Below are positions 29,572-39,678 of a DNA stretch of 64,000 bases, one piece after another. The notes beneath the pieces were generated by a model. It made no database searches, was not told the origin of the DNA, and was given only the letters and a program-made list of their open reading frames with translations. Within the stretch, counting starts at the first letter, position 1, and each line of letters opens with the position of its first letter. Source of the stretch: Candidatus Latescibacterota bacterium (lineage in GTDB: Bacteria > Latescibacterota > UBA2968 > UBA8231); assembly GCA_965223905.1 (NCBI GenBank), contig CBDCXV010000010.1:128001-192000 (forward strand). Direction: 5' to 3'. Made by a program: the position numbers and the translations under genes.

Positions 29572-30975
29572 ATGAACGCACGCCGACACCGATCCTCCAT
29601 TCTCCGCCGCCCGCGGATTCCCGGGGCGGCTGCAGCTTGCGGGCTCTTCGCCGCCGGCATCCTCCTGGCCCCGGGTACCGCGGCGGCCGCGGAGGAAACC
29701 GGCTTCATCCTCAACACCTTCTCGTTCCTCGTCTGGGGAGTCCTGGTGATGTGGATGTGCGCCGGCTTCACCATGCTCGAGGCCGGATCGGTGCGCTCCA
29801 AGAACGCCTCGATGATCTGCCTGAAGAACATCGGGCTGTACGCCATCGCAGGGCTCACTTACTACGTGGTCGGCTACGGTCTGATGTACGTCGATGTCGG
29901 CACCCTAGTCGGTTCGCTGAATCTTTTGCACGGTCCCTCCGCCGACGAAGTCTCCTTCCTGGGCGGTGACAAGGGGGCGATGGCCGCCGTCCTCGCGAAC
30001 AACTACTCGACCATGTCCAACTGGTTCTTCCAGATGGTGTTCGTGGCCACCACCGCCTCCATCGTCTCCGGAACCTTGGCGGAGCGGGTGAAGCTCTGGG
30101 CCTTCTTCGCCTTCACCGCGATCCTGACGGCGATCATCTACCCCGTGGTCGGCGCCTGGACATGGGGAGGCGGCTGGCTTTCCCAGATGGGCTTCCAGGA
30201 CTTCGCCGGCTCCACCATCGTCCACTCGACCGGGGGCTGGGCCGCCTTGGCCGGGGCCATCGTCGTGGGAGCCCGCTGGGGCAAGTTCCGCAAGGACGGC
30301 TCGGTCAAGATCACCCCTCCGTCCAACATTCCGGCGGTCGCTCTCGGCGTCTTCATACTCTGGCTTGGATGGTTCGGCTTCAATGGCGGCTCGCAGCTTG
30401 CCCTCGCCGGCGCCGCCGACGCGGTGGCAATGAGCAACATCCTCGTCAACACCAACCTCGCCGCGGCCGCGGGAGTGCTCACCGCCATTTTGGTTTCGCG
30501 TCCCATCCTCGGGCGCACCGACCTCTTCTCCGCCCTCAACGGCGCCATCGCCGGCCTGGTGGCGATCACCGCGGGACCGGACATCACCGACCCCTGGCTG
30601 GCGATAATCATCGGCGCCGTGGGCGCGATCCTCTGCACCGCCGGGCTGAAACTGCTCGAGCGCATGAGGATCGACGACGTGGTCGGCGCCGTCCCGGCGC
30701 ACCTATTCGCCGGTGTCTGGGGGACGCTGGCGGTCTGCCTTTCGGGGAAGAGCAGTTTCCTCGTGCAGCTTACCGGAGTCCTCGCCGTCGGTGCGTTCGT
30801 CTTCGCCACCTCCATGTTGCTGTGGTTCGTTCTGAGCCGCACACTGGAAGTCCGGGTCTCGCGCGATGTCGAGGAAATCGGCCAGGACGCCGCTGAGCTG
30901 GGAATCGACGCCTACCCCGAGTTCGCCCTCATGGTGGACCCGGACGAGGGGGGAGATTACCGCGATCCGGACTGA
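29572..30975 (+). CDS. amt: Ammonium transporter
   Basis: GFTMLEAG, FFQMVF..SIVSG, DFAGSTIVH, WFGFNGGS, DDVVGAVPAH. Confidence 0.95.
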   Translation: MNARRHRSSILRRPRIPGAAAACGLFAAGILLAPGTAAAAEETGFILNTFSFLVWGVLVMWMCAGFTMLEAGSVRSKNASMICLKNIGLYAIAGLTYYVVGYGLMYVDVGTLVGSLNLLHGPSADEVSFLGGDKGAMAAVLANNYSTMSNWFFQMVFVATTASIVSGTLAERVKLWAFFAFTAILTAIIYPVVGAWTWGGGWLSQMGFQDFAGSTIVHSTGGWAALAGAIVVGARWGKFRKDGSVKITPPSNIPAVALGVFILWLGWFGFNGGSQLALAGAADAVAMSNILVNTNLAAAAGVLTAILVSRPILGRTDLFSALNGAIAGLVAITAGPDITDPWLAIIIGAVGAILCTAGLKLLERMRIDDVVGAVPAHLFAGVWGTLAVCLSGKSSFLVQLTGVLAVGAFVFATSMLLWFVLSRTLEVRVSRDVEEIGQDAAELGIDAYPEFALMVDPDEGGDYRDPD

Positions 30976-31035
30976 AACCTCGAGGTGATCATCGGGCACG
31001 GCCGCTGAATCGCCCTCGCCCGATGAACCCTCCCC

Positions 31036-32448
31036 ATGAACTTCGACGCCTACGATCTCGACGCCGCGATCTACGACGAGATGTTCCTGCCGGACGGCAC
31101 GCCTCGCGGCCACTGCCGGGCCCTGCACGACACCCTGTGCCAGCTTCCCGCCGACGAGGTCGGCAGGATCCAAGAGCGCGTCACCCGCTCCTTCTCCAAC
31201 GAGGGGATCACCTTCACCGTCTACGGGGACGAGGAAGCCGACGAGCGCATCATTCCCGTCGACTGCGTTCCCCGCATCCTCTCCGCGGAGGAGTGGCGGC
31301 ACCTCGAGACCGGCCTCACCCAGCGCCTCGGCGCCCTGAATCGCTTCCTCGAGGACGTGTACGGGGAAGCCCGCATCATCGCCGAGGGCGTGATCCCCGC
31401 GGACCTGGTGCGCGGCTGTCCCCAGTACCGCCTCGAGATGTGCGGGGTACCGGTCCCCCCACGGCACCTGGGTCGCCGTCTGCGGCACCGACCTGGTGCG
31501 CACCAACGATGGCTTCCTCGTGCTCGAGGACAACCTGCGGGTTCCCTCCGGGGTTTCCTACATGATCGCCAACCGCAAGGTGGTCAAGTCGAGCCTGCGC
31601 CGCATCTACCGGGACTGCCGGGTGCGGGAGGTGGAGCAGTACGGGCAGGTGCTGCTCGAGACGCTTCGCGAGCTCGCCCCAGGAGGGCGCTCCGACCCCT
31701 GCATCGCCCTGCTCACCCCCGGGGTCGCCAACTCCGCCTTCTACAAGCACATATTCCTGGCGCAGGAAATCGGCGCGGCCCTCGTCGAAGGCCGCGACCT
31801 GCTGGTCAACGACGGCTTCGTCTACATGCGCACCACCGCAGGGCTGCGGCGGGTGGACGACGACTTCATCGACCCCCTCGTCTTCCGCCCCGATTCCCTG
31901 CTCGGAGTGCCCGGGCTGATGCACGCCTGCAAGAGCGGGCGCGTCGCCTTGGCGAACGCGCCGGGGACCGGGGTGCCGACGACAAGAGCGTCTATGCCTT
32001 TGTCCCCGACATGATCCGCTACTACCTCGGCGAGGAGCCGGTCCTGGCCAACGTCGAGACCTACCTGTGCCGGCGGCCCCGCGACCTGGAGTACACCCTC
32101 GACAACCTCGAGAACCTCGTGGTCAAGCGCGTCGGCGAATCCGGGGGCTACGGCATGCTCCTCGGCCCCCAGGCGACGCCGGAGGAGCGCGCCGCCTACG
32201 CCGAGGAGCTTCGCGCCGACCCCGCCGGCTTCATCTCCCAGCCGGTGCTTCCCCTCTCCCGCGCCCCCTGCTTCATCGAGGGCCGCGCCGAGCCTCGCCA
32301 CGTCGACCTGCGCCCGTTCGTCCTCCACGGCCGCGAGACCCGCATAGTCCCCGGGGCCTTCTGCCGGGTGGCGCTGCGCCGGGGCAGCCTGGTGGTGAAC
32401 TCGAGCCAGGGCGGGGGCGGCAAGGACCTCTGGGTGCTGGAGGACTGA
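31036..32448 (+). pseudogene. Circularly permuted type 2 ATP-grasp protein with two compensating frameshifts
   Basis: GITFTVYG and ADDK..HVDLRPF..VVNSSQGGGGKD lie in one frame; the conserved middle (GTDLVR, LEDNLRVPSGVSY, LLTPG) lies in another frame between about 31460 and 31975. Confidence 0.8.
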
Positions 32449-33423
32449 ATGCTCGCGCGCAGCGCTCAGGGACTCTATTGGATGGGCCGCTACCTCGAGC
32501 GGGCCGAACATCTGTGCCGCCTGTTGCGACTGCAGGTGGAGGCGCTGGTCGACCGGCCCGTCGAGGAGATCCAGTACGGCTGGAGCCGGATCTACGCCGG
32601 CCTCGGCCGGCAGCCGCCCGGGGGAGACCTCGGCACCGGCGGCAGCGACGACTACGTCCTGGCCGATTCCTACACTCTGGCGGGGGATCTCACCTTCGAG
32701 CGCTCCAACCCCGATTCGGTGCGCAGGTGCCTCGCCCTTGGCCGCAAGAACGCCCGCCAGATGCGTAACTGCATCAGCGCCGAGATGTGGACCTGCCTCA
32801 ACCTCTCCTGGCTGCGCATCCGCGACCTCGGCATCGAGGACATCTGGAAGGTCGCCCCGGAAAGCTTCTACGCGGAGACCACCCGGGAGATCGACACCTT
32901 CACCGGTGTCGCCGAAGCGACCATGTACCGCGACGAGGGCTGGCGCTTCATGCGCATCGGGCGTTTCATCGAGCGCGCCCAGCTTCTGTCCGCCTTCCTC
33001 CTCGCCCAGCTCGCCGAACGTGAGCAGGGCGGAACCTCCGACACCGGATGGACGAGCCTGCTGCACTCCTGCCAGGCGTTCGACACCTACAAGCGCAGCT
33101 ACAGCGTCGAGGTCCAGGCGGACCGGGTGCTCGACCTCCTCGTCACCGATCCCCTGCTGCCGGGCTCGCTGTGCCGCTCCCTCGACGCGCTATCCGCGGA
33201 GCTCGCTGCCAGTGGTCCCGGTCCGGGCGCGCGCGCCGGGGCCGCGGCCGAGCGCCTCTCCGGCCGGCTGTACGCCCTGATCCGCTACGATTGGCCGGAC
33301 TGCGAGGACCGCGAAGACCGGGAGGCCCTTCTCGCGCAAGTAGGCGAACACTGCCGGAAGCTCCACGAGCTCGTGAACGCGGAGTACATCGAGTACGCCA
33401 TCGAGGACAGCCCGGTGCACTGA
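32449..33423 (+). CDS. Alpha-E domain protein (DUF403)
   Basis: LYWMGRYLERAE and repeat RIGRFIERA; NARQMRNCIS. Confidence 0.9.
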   Translation: MLARSAQGLYWMGRYLERAEHLCRLLRLQVEALVDRPVEEIQYGWSRIYAGLGRQPPGGDLGTGGSDDYVLADSYTLAGDLTFERSNPDSVRRCLALGRKNARQMRNCISAEMWTCLNLSWLRIRDLGIEDIWKVAPESFYAETTREIDTFTGVAEATMYRDEGWRFMRIGRFIERAQLLSAFLLAQLAEREQGGTSDTGWTSLLHSCQAFDTYKRSYSVEVQADRVLDLLVTDPLLPGSLCRSLDALSAELAASGPGPGARAGAAAERLSGRLYALIRYDWPDCEDREDREALLAQVGEHCRKLHELVNAEYIEYAIEDSPVH

Positions 33424-33427
33424 CGCC

Positions 33428-34368
33428 ATGACCGGGCAGTCCGTTACGAGATCGAGCACCTCTCCCGCTTCAGCTACGATACCAGCGTGCGGCAGTGCGT
33501 CATGTTGCTCTGCCTGGAGCCGCTCCAGGACCGCGGGCAGCGGCTTCTCGACTTCGAGATCGGGACGCGCCCATTGGCCTTCCTCAACCGCGAGACGGAC
33601 TGTTTCGGCAACGCGCGGCACCTCCTCGACCTTCACCGTGAGCACCGGACCCTCGAGATCACCGCCCGCTCCACGGTCGAGGCTGCACTCGCCCCCGCGC
33701 TCCCCGAACGACTGGGGGCCGGCGTCTGGGAGGAGATCCGCTCCCCCGGCAACTCCTTCGCCGACTGGAGCTTCACGCGCCCGAGCGCGCTGGTGCGGTC
33801 ATCCCCGAGTCTCGAGGCGTTCGTCGACCGGCATGGCATCGAGCCCGGGAGCGACCCTCTCGAAAGTCTGTCACAGCTGTCCGGCACCCTGCACCGCTGC
33901 CTGCACTACATCCCGGGAAGCACCACGGCGGAATCACCGGTCGAGCACATCCTCGAGACCGGCAGCGGTGTCTGCCAGGACTACTCTCACCTCATGATCG
34001 CCATCGCGCGCTCCTGGGGCATCCCCGCCCGCTACGTCTCCGGCTACCTTCACCTTCCGGGGAGATCCGACGGGCAGCCGTCTGTCAACGCCACCCACGC
34101 CTGGGTCGAATGCCGGCTGCCGGGGCTCGGCTGGACAGGCTTCGACCCCACCAACCAGAGCCCTGCCGGAGAGGGAGGTGTGGTGCGCATCGCGACGGGG
34201 CGGGACTACCACGATGTGTCACCTACTCGCGGCATCCTCCACGGCGGAGGAGGAACCCGGCTCGATGTCGAGGTGCGGGTGCGCGCCGCCGGAGGGGATC
34301 CGGCCAGCGGGAAGTCGGACCCGGCAACGGCATCCTGCGGCACCTCCTCGATTGGAACCATCGCCTGA
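33428..34368 (+). pseudogene. Transglutaminase-like protein; ATG out of frame with the N-terminal domain
   Basis: GVCQDYSH, ARYVSGY, HAWVE, GFDPTN, GRDYHDVSP; N-terminal VRYEIEHLSRFSY is in frame with 33487 but not with ATG 33428 (a shorter form could start at GTG 33487). Confidence 0.7.
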
Positions 34369-34431
34369 ACATCAGAACCCCGGGGCGGCGACCACCGCTG
34401 CCGTCCATCCCTGACTCAAGGAGCGAACCTC

Positions 34432-34872
34432 ATGGACCTGCTCAAGCGCATCAGCGGCATTTATCTGATTGCATTGGCGGTGGCGGTCGCCGTCCACACC
34501 GTGGTCGAACCGCTCTATCACGCATCCAGTCCCGGGCAGCCGTACAGCCCTCTCTGGGACGTCCTGGATCCCTTGATGGCACTGGCCATCGCGTTGGCCC
34601 TGATATTCGGCTATCTCCGCAAGCAGGAGGTTGACCGCGAAGGGGGCGGTGCCGGGGTGACCCGGGAATTCGTCGCCGCCAACACCCATTTCTACGGGTT
34701 CCTGTTCGTCGGCATCCTGTTCTTCTGGAACTGGTTCAACCTGCTCATGCCCGCGTTCACCGCCCCGGGCGAGAATACGGTCACCCTGGTGTGGATACTC
34801 ATCGACGCCATCCTGCCGCTTCTGGCCGGCGCCATGGGGATCTTTCTGCTGCGCCGCGGCCGCGGCAAATAG
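34432..34872 (+). CDS. Hypothetical 4-TM membrane protein
   Basis: RBS AAGGAG; four hydrophobic segments. Confidence 0.75.
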   Translation: MDLLKRISGIYLIALAVAVAVHTVVEPLYHASSPGQPYSPLWDVLDPLMALAIALALIFGYLRKQEVDREGGGAGVTREFVAANTHFYGFLFVGILFFWNWFNLLMPAFTAPGENTVTLVWILIDAILPLLAGAMGIFLLRRGRGK

Positions 34873-35029
34873 CCTCGGAGGAAGTGGAGGTTGCAGGGCG
34901 GGCCAGTGGGTACGGGCTCGCCCTTGCCGGAGGGAAGGGAACCGGTGTGGTGTCTTTCCCGAGTGCCGGCGCATCTCACCTATCTTTGATACAGCTGTCA
35001 CTGACATATCCGCAATCGAAAGGAGAACC

Positions 35030-35965
35030 ATGGGAAAGCATCTGACAGCAATAATCATTCTGGGGCTTGCCTGTCTCTTTCCCGCAGCGCATCCCGCCGT
35101 TGCCCAGGACCTGGAGGTAACGGCCGGTGACGTGGTGGACCGGGAAACCCTGAAAGCCTTTGTCGAAGGGGCAAAGGGGTCCCTGGAGAGCGCCACTGAC
35201 TTTTCCGAGGTCGCAAGCCTGGTGGGGGCGTTCAGGAGCGAGGGAGATTGGAAGGCCGGCTCGATCTACCTCGTTATTCTGACTCCCGAAGGTGTGGTGC
35301 AATTTCACGGGGAGGATCTGACCTTCGAGGATAATAGCGTGCTCGATCTCGAAGATGCCCGTGGCAACAAGGTCGTCCAGGAGATCCTCGACGCTGCCGC
35401 TGCAGGCGGCGGTTTTGTCGAGTATTACTGGGATGATCCGACGGTAGAAGGCGACGAAGACGCTGACTCTCCCAAGCTGACGTACGCTGTCCCCGCGACC
35501 ATACAAAGCCAGGAGTTTATCGTAGCCGCCGGCTTTTACATGGATCTGTCGGGCGTCGGCGATGAGGCAAACATCTTTGAGATCCTGGAGACAACGGCCC
35601 GGGATGTGAAGGACCGGGAAACCCTGAAAGCCTTTGTCGAAGGGATGCGAGTTCTTATTCCCATTCTTGAGGAAAACGGTCCTGCCTACTTGGCAACTAT
35701 CCAGGCTGCAATCAGGACCGAAGGGGAGGATTTCAAGTATGACTCGATTTACCACATTGTCCTGGATACCGACGGCCTGGTGATCTTTCACGGAGCCAAC
35801 CCGAGCTTCGATGGACAAAACATGATTGATCTCGAAGATGCCAACGGGGTCAAAAAGGAGGAGACAACCATGAACCGACGTGCACGAGACCACGAAGGCT
35901 ATCGAGCGGTTCGGGCGGAAGGCGTTGTCCGAAGAGAATGCATATCCATACCGTTTACCGTCTAA
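35030..35965 (+). pseudogene. Exported tandem Cache-domain protein, 3'-truncated/chimeric
   Basis: Signal peptide; two repeats DRETLKAFVEG...Y...FHG...DLEDA.G; GGGFVEYYWDDP; second repeat breaks after DANGVK (about 35853) into unrelated sequence. Confidence 0.7.
35137..35644 (+). repeat. 34-bp identical intragenic repeat marking the Cache-domain duplication
   Basis: GGACCGGGAAACCCTGAAAGCCTTTGTCGAAGGG at 35137-35170 and 35611-35644. Confidence 0.9.
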
Positions 35966-35984
35966 AAATGAAAGGGGTGCCATC

Positions 35985-36811
35985 GTGAAGCGCATGACAG
36001 CAGCAGTCATTCTGGGACTGGTCAGCCTCTTCATCACCCGTCACGCCGCGGCACAAAACCCGGAAACAACCGCCGGCGAGGTAGTGGACGCGGCAACGCT
36101 GGAAGCCTTCGTATTGTATGCGCTATCACAGGCGGCAGCCGTTTCCGATCCGAACGACGTCGCGCCGTTTATCATCAGTTTGGGTATCGAAGGAAAGTGG
36201 AGGCAGGGGAACACGTTCCTCATCCTCATGCAGCCGGATGGCACGGTGTATTCTCACGGCGGTGACACGAGTGTCAGCGGAAAGAACATTTTGATGTCAG
36301 GGACAGCAGAGGCAGTACGGTTGTACAAGACCTCATCGCCGCGGCGAACATGGGCGGAGGCCACGTCCACGGCTTCTACCAGGCCCGCGCCAGAAACGCC
36401 GACGGCGGCGACGTCGGACAGTGGTACAGCATTTCCCTCAACCGCGGCAGGCGGCAGGTGCTGGAGCTGACCCTGGGGGGCGGCGTGCGGGTGGTGGGGC
36501 CGAGCGACTGGACGCCGCCGAGCAGGGGAGCCGGGTGCCGGCGGCCTGGAGCCCAACGCCCCCAATCCCTTCAACAGCAGCACGCAAATTCCCTACCGCC
36601 TGGCCAACCCCGGTCCGGTGCGCCTGGTGATCTACAACGCCCTCGGCCAGCAGGTGCGCACGCTCGTTGATGAGTTCCAGGCCGCCGGGGTGTACCAGGT
36701 CCATTGGGACGCCCGCGACCGGCAGGGCTCCGCGGTGGCCGCGGGGTCTACTTCGCACGCCTGTCCCATCCGGGTGGGGTACAGACACGGCGGATGCTCT
36801 ACCTCAAGTAG
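35985..36811 (+). pseudogene. Signal peptide + Cache domain + FlgD/T9SS-like C-terminal domain, frameshifted and probably internally deleted
   Basis: TLEAFVL..YSHG..KNI, frameshift about 36290 to DVRDSRG..AAANMGGGHV; later GLEPNAPNPFNSSTQIPYRL..IYNALGQQVRTLVD..WDARD, frameshift about 36745 to VYFARL..RRMLYLK stop. Confidence 0.75.
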
Positions 36812-36904
36812 TCCGGAGCGCGGAAGCCCGTCGGGGAAGGATGGATACCAACCCGGCAGGGTCCGTGCCCGTCACGAAAAACGATGGGAAGAACAGGAGG
36901 GTGC

Positions 36905-37751
36905 ATGACGGGACTATCAGAGGGAGAACGGGAAGCGCCATCCACCTCGCCATCCGGAAATGCAGTGGACGGCCTCCGGATGGCCCCCGAGCTCATGGTC
37001 GACCTCGCTCGCAAGGCGGCAGAGCTCGTGGTGGAGCGGATCGAGGGCCTGCCGGAAGAAACCCGCCTGGGACGGTGAGTTCCGGCAGGTGCTCGAAGCC
37101 CGTGGCTGCACGTCGACGCCGCGTACGGAGGCTTCGCCGCGGTGACCGAGGAAGGCGGCAGGCTGTTGCGCGGAATCGAGCGCGCCGATTCGATCGGGCT
37201 GGACGCGCACAAATGGTTCTTTCAACCGTACGAGGCCGGCTGCCTGCTGGTGAAGGACGCCGGCACCCTCGAACAGGCATTCGGCGTTCACCACGACATC
37301 CTCCAGGACACCGTGTGGGGTGCGAACCTCTCGGACCGCGGCCTGCAGCTGAGCCGCTCCTTCCGCGCCCCGAAGCTCTGGATGTCGGTCCAGACCTTCG
37401 GAATGGCGGCGTTCCGGCGGGCGGTTTCCAAGGGGATGGAGCTGGCCGCCCGGGCGGAAGGGTACGTCCGCGAGAGCCGGACCCTGGAGCTGTTGACCCC
37501 GGCGTCGCTGGGAATCGTCTGTTTCCGCAATCAACCCCGAAGGCACCCCCGTCGGCGAAGAATCCCTCGAAGAGGTCAACCGGACCGTGCTCGCCAGGGT
37601 CTTCTGGGATGACCGCGCCTTCATATCGTCGACGCTGCTCCGGGGGAAGTTTTCTCTCAGGATGTGCATCATCAACCACACCACCACCTGGGACGACGTG
37701 CGCGAAACCCTGGAGGCTGCCGAGAGGTTCGGGTCCGAGGAATTATCCTGA
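36905..37751 (+). pseudogene. Group II PLP-dependent decarboxylase, large internal deletion plus frameshifts
   Basis: N-terminal helix joined at about 37100 directly to WLHVDAAYGG..ADSIGLDAHKW..LQLSR..LRMCIINH; frameshifts about 37060 and 37529. Confidence 0.85.
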
Positions 37752-37858
37752 TTCGAGAGAGAGGCGGGACCAGAATAGGCGGAAACGGTCCAGCTAATGC
37801 ATTTTCCAATCATCCAACCATAACCATGACATTGCCCGATTCCATGGAGGAGAAGCCC

Positions 37859-39208
37859 ATGAGACTCGTTTCTTCTTTTCTGCTCACCTGCGCCTTGACC
37901 CTGGGCGGCTGCTCCGACCACGATCCGGTTTCCTCCAACCAGCCGGAAGCGGCGGGCAAGCGGATATCCAGCAGCCTGACCTTGAGCGCCCCTGTCGCCG
38001 GGCTGGCCGAGTCCAGGCCCTCCAGGCCCCGCTTCGAGCCCGGACCGCTCGGCGCCGTCGAAGTCGAAGAGGGAGAGGCGGTACAGATCCGGTCGTTGCT
38101 CGCGCACACCGTAGCGCCATCCCTTGGCGTGCCATCCCGGCAAAGCATCGAGTTGGCCGTGGCGGACTTCGGACCCGTTCACGGCCGCGAGGTCGAGCTC
38201 GGAGAGCCTGTAGACGCCATGTGCTCGCCGGAAGGGGGAAGCGCGGGCGCAGGGCAGATCGTCGCCGACCCGCAGGTGCTCGGCGTCATCGGCACCTCCT
38301 GCTCGGCCGCGGCGGTAGCGGCCTCACGGGTGATCGGGGAAGCGGGGCTGGTGATGATCTCGCCATCCAACACCTCCCCTTCGCTCACTTCCGATCTGGC
38401 CGGCAACGCCAATCCCGACCACCACCCCGGGTATTTCCGCGTTTCCATCAACGATCTCTACCAGGCGCAGGCGGTCGCCGACTTCGCCTACACCGAGCTG
38501 GGCCTGCGGAGCATGGCCGCGGTCGACGACGGAGATCCGTACACGACGGCCCTGGTCAGCGCCTTCAGCGACGCTTTCACCGCACTCGGAGGGACGCTTG
38601 CAGCCACCGCCCGGGTCGAGAAGGGGGAGACGGACATGACCTCTATCCTGGCGGAATTCTCGGAAGCCGGGCCGGACGGCATCTTCTTCCCGCTCTTCGT
38701 AGTGGAAGGCTCCGCATTCGCCGAGCAGGCGCGGGCCTTCGACGGGCTGGAAGGGGTGACGCTCATTTCGGGTGCGGCCCTTCTGGTGTCCGAGTTCCTC
38801 GGCACGCCGCAGTCGGAGGGCATCTACTTCGCGGGGCCGGAGTCGGATCTCGGCTCGAACGTCAACGCGGCGACCGGCAAGAGCGCCGAGGAAGTGCTGG
38901 ACGCATTCGCCGCGGCTCACGGCGGGTCTCCGGGGACTCCCTACTGGGCGCACTCCTACGACGCTGCGACGCTGCTGCTCGGCGCCATCGAGTCCGTTGC
39001 CGTGGCCGAGGTCGGGAAGCTGTACGTCGACCGCGCCGCGCTGCGGGAGGAGATCGCGGCGACGGACGGCTTCCAGGGCCTCGTAGGAACGGTTTCCTGC
39101 GACGATTTCGGAGACTGCGGCACCGGGCGCATCAACATCTACCACCACATGGACGCGAACATCACCGATCCCGCGCAGCTGCCGGTGGTCTACCGGTTCG
39201 CTCCCTGA
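37859..39208 (+). CDS. Branched-chain amino acid ABC-type substrate-binding lipoprotein (no adjacent permeases)
   Basis: Lipobox LGGC; LGVIGTSCS, MISPSNTSP, YFRVSIND, SYDAATLLL. Confidence 0.88.
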   Translation: MRLVSSFLLTCALTLGGCSDHDPVSSNQPEAAGKRISSSLTLSAPVAGLAESRPSRPRFEPGPLGAVEVEEGEAVQIRSLLAHTVAPSLGVPSRQSIELAVADFGPVHGREVELGEPVDAMCSPEGGSAGAGQIVADPQVLGVIGTSCSAAAVAASRVIGEAGLVMISPSNTSPSLTSDLAGNANPDHHPGYFRVSINDLYQAQAVADFAYTELGLRSMAAVDDGDPYTTALVSAFSDAFTALGGTLAATARVEKGETDMTSILAEFSEAGPDGIFFPLFVVEGSAFAEQARAFDGLEGVTLISGAALLVSEFLGTPQSEGIYFAGPESDLGSNVNAATGKSAEEVLDAFAAAHGGSPGTPYWAHSYDAATLLLGAIESVAVAEVGKLYVDRAALREEIAATDGFQGLVGTVSCDDFGDCGTGRINIYHHMDANITDPAQLPVVYRFAP

Positions 39209-39234
39209 GCCTTGTCTCCCGGCTGCTGGGGCAG

Positions 39235-39431
39235 TTCCGCCAGGGACGGAGCTGGGAGGATTCGTCGATGCCGAGGGGCATCGGCCGCAGGACTCCAAAA
39301 GGCCCGGGATGGTGCTTCGTGAGCTGGGCATCCTACCCGATAGGGACCCGGCTGAACGGCATGCGGGTCCGCGTTCTCCCTGGTCCACCCGAAGGGGAGC
39401 TCGTTCAGCGAGCGCCGTGCTGATTCCGCCA
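39235..39431 (+). ncRNA. Candidate structured RNA with possible kissing loops (unidentified)
   Basis: Hairpins 39264-39285, 39344-39370, 39399-39413; loop CTGAA complementary to loop TTCAG; flanked by TTCCGCCA direct repeats. Confidence 0.3.
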
Positions 39432-39678
39432 CTGCGCCTGTAGCGGATAAATGGACCTTGTCGAGAACCAAGGATCTACTCGACCGCTCACCCAACAGGA
39501 CATGCCCGTGGGTGGGAAGACAGCCTACCGCGTTCGAAAGACTAGGAAAAGAAACGGGATCAGGCAGGCGCCTTCAGCTCGAGGAATTACGCATCAACGC
39601 AACGCATTCCTCCGGTGTTCCAGTTGTAGAAGCTGCCTCTTCAGGCAGGAAATCCTATTCTACGCTCTGAACCACTAA

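Noticed and set aside
35137-35644. CRISPR-like 34-bp repeats
   Set aside because: Only two copies, 474 bp apart, in frame within duplicated protein domains; no cas genes
39368-39412. Hammerhead ribozyme on the minus strand (CTGAACGAG..stem..GAAC)
   Set aside because: Core deviates from CUGANGA and lacks GAAA
39256-39431. tRNA-Sec or other tRNA (GGACTCCAAA, TTCCGCCA end)
   Set aside because: No TTCGA T-loop at the correct distance and no consistent cloverleaf; kept only as an unidentified structured element
39432-39678. Further sup gene (second PPTase or hydrolase) remnant
   Set aside because: No recognisable motif in the frames I translated
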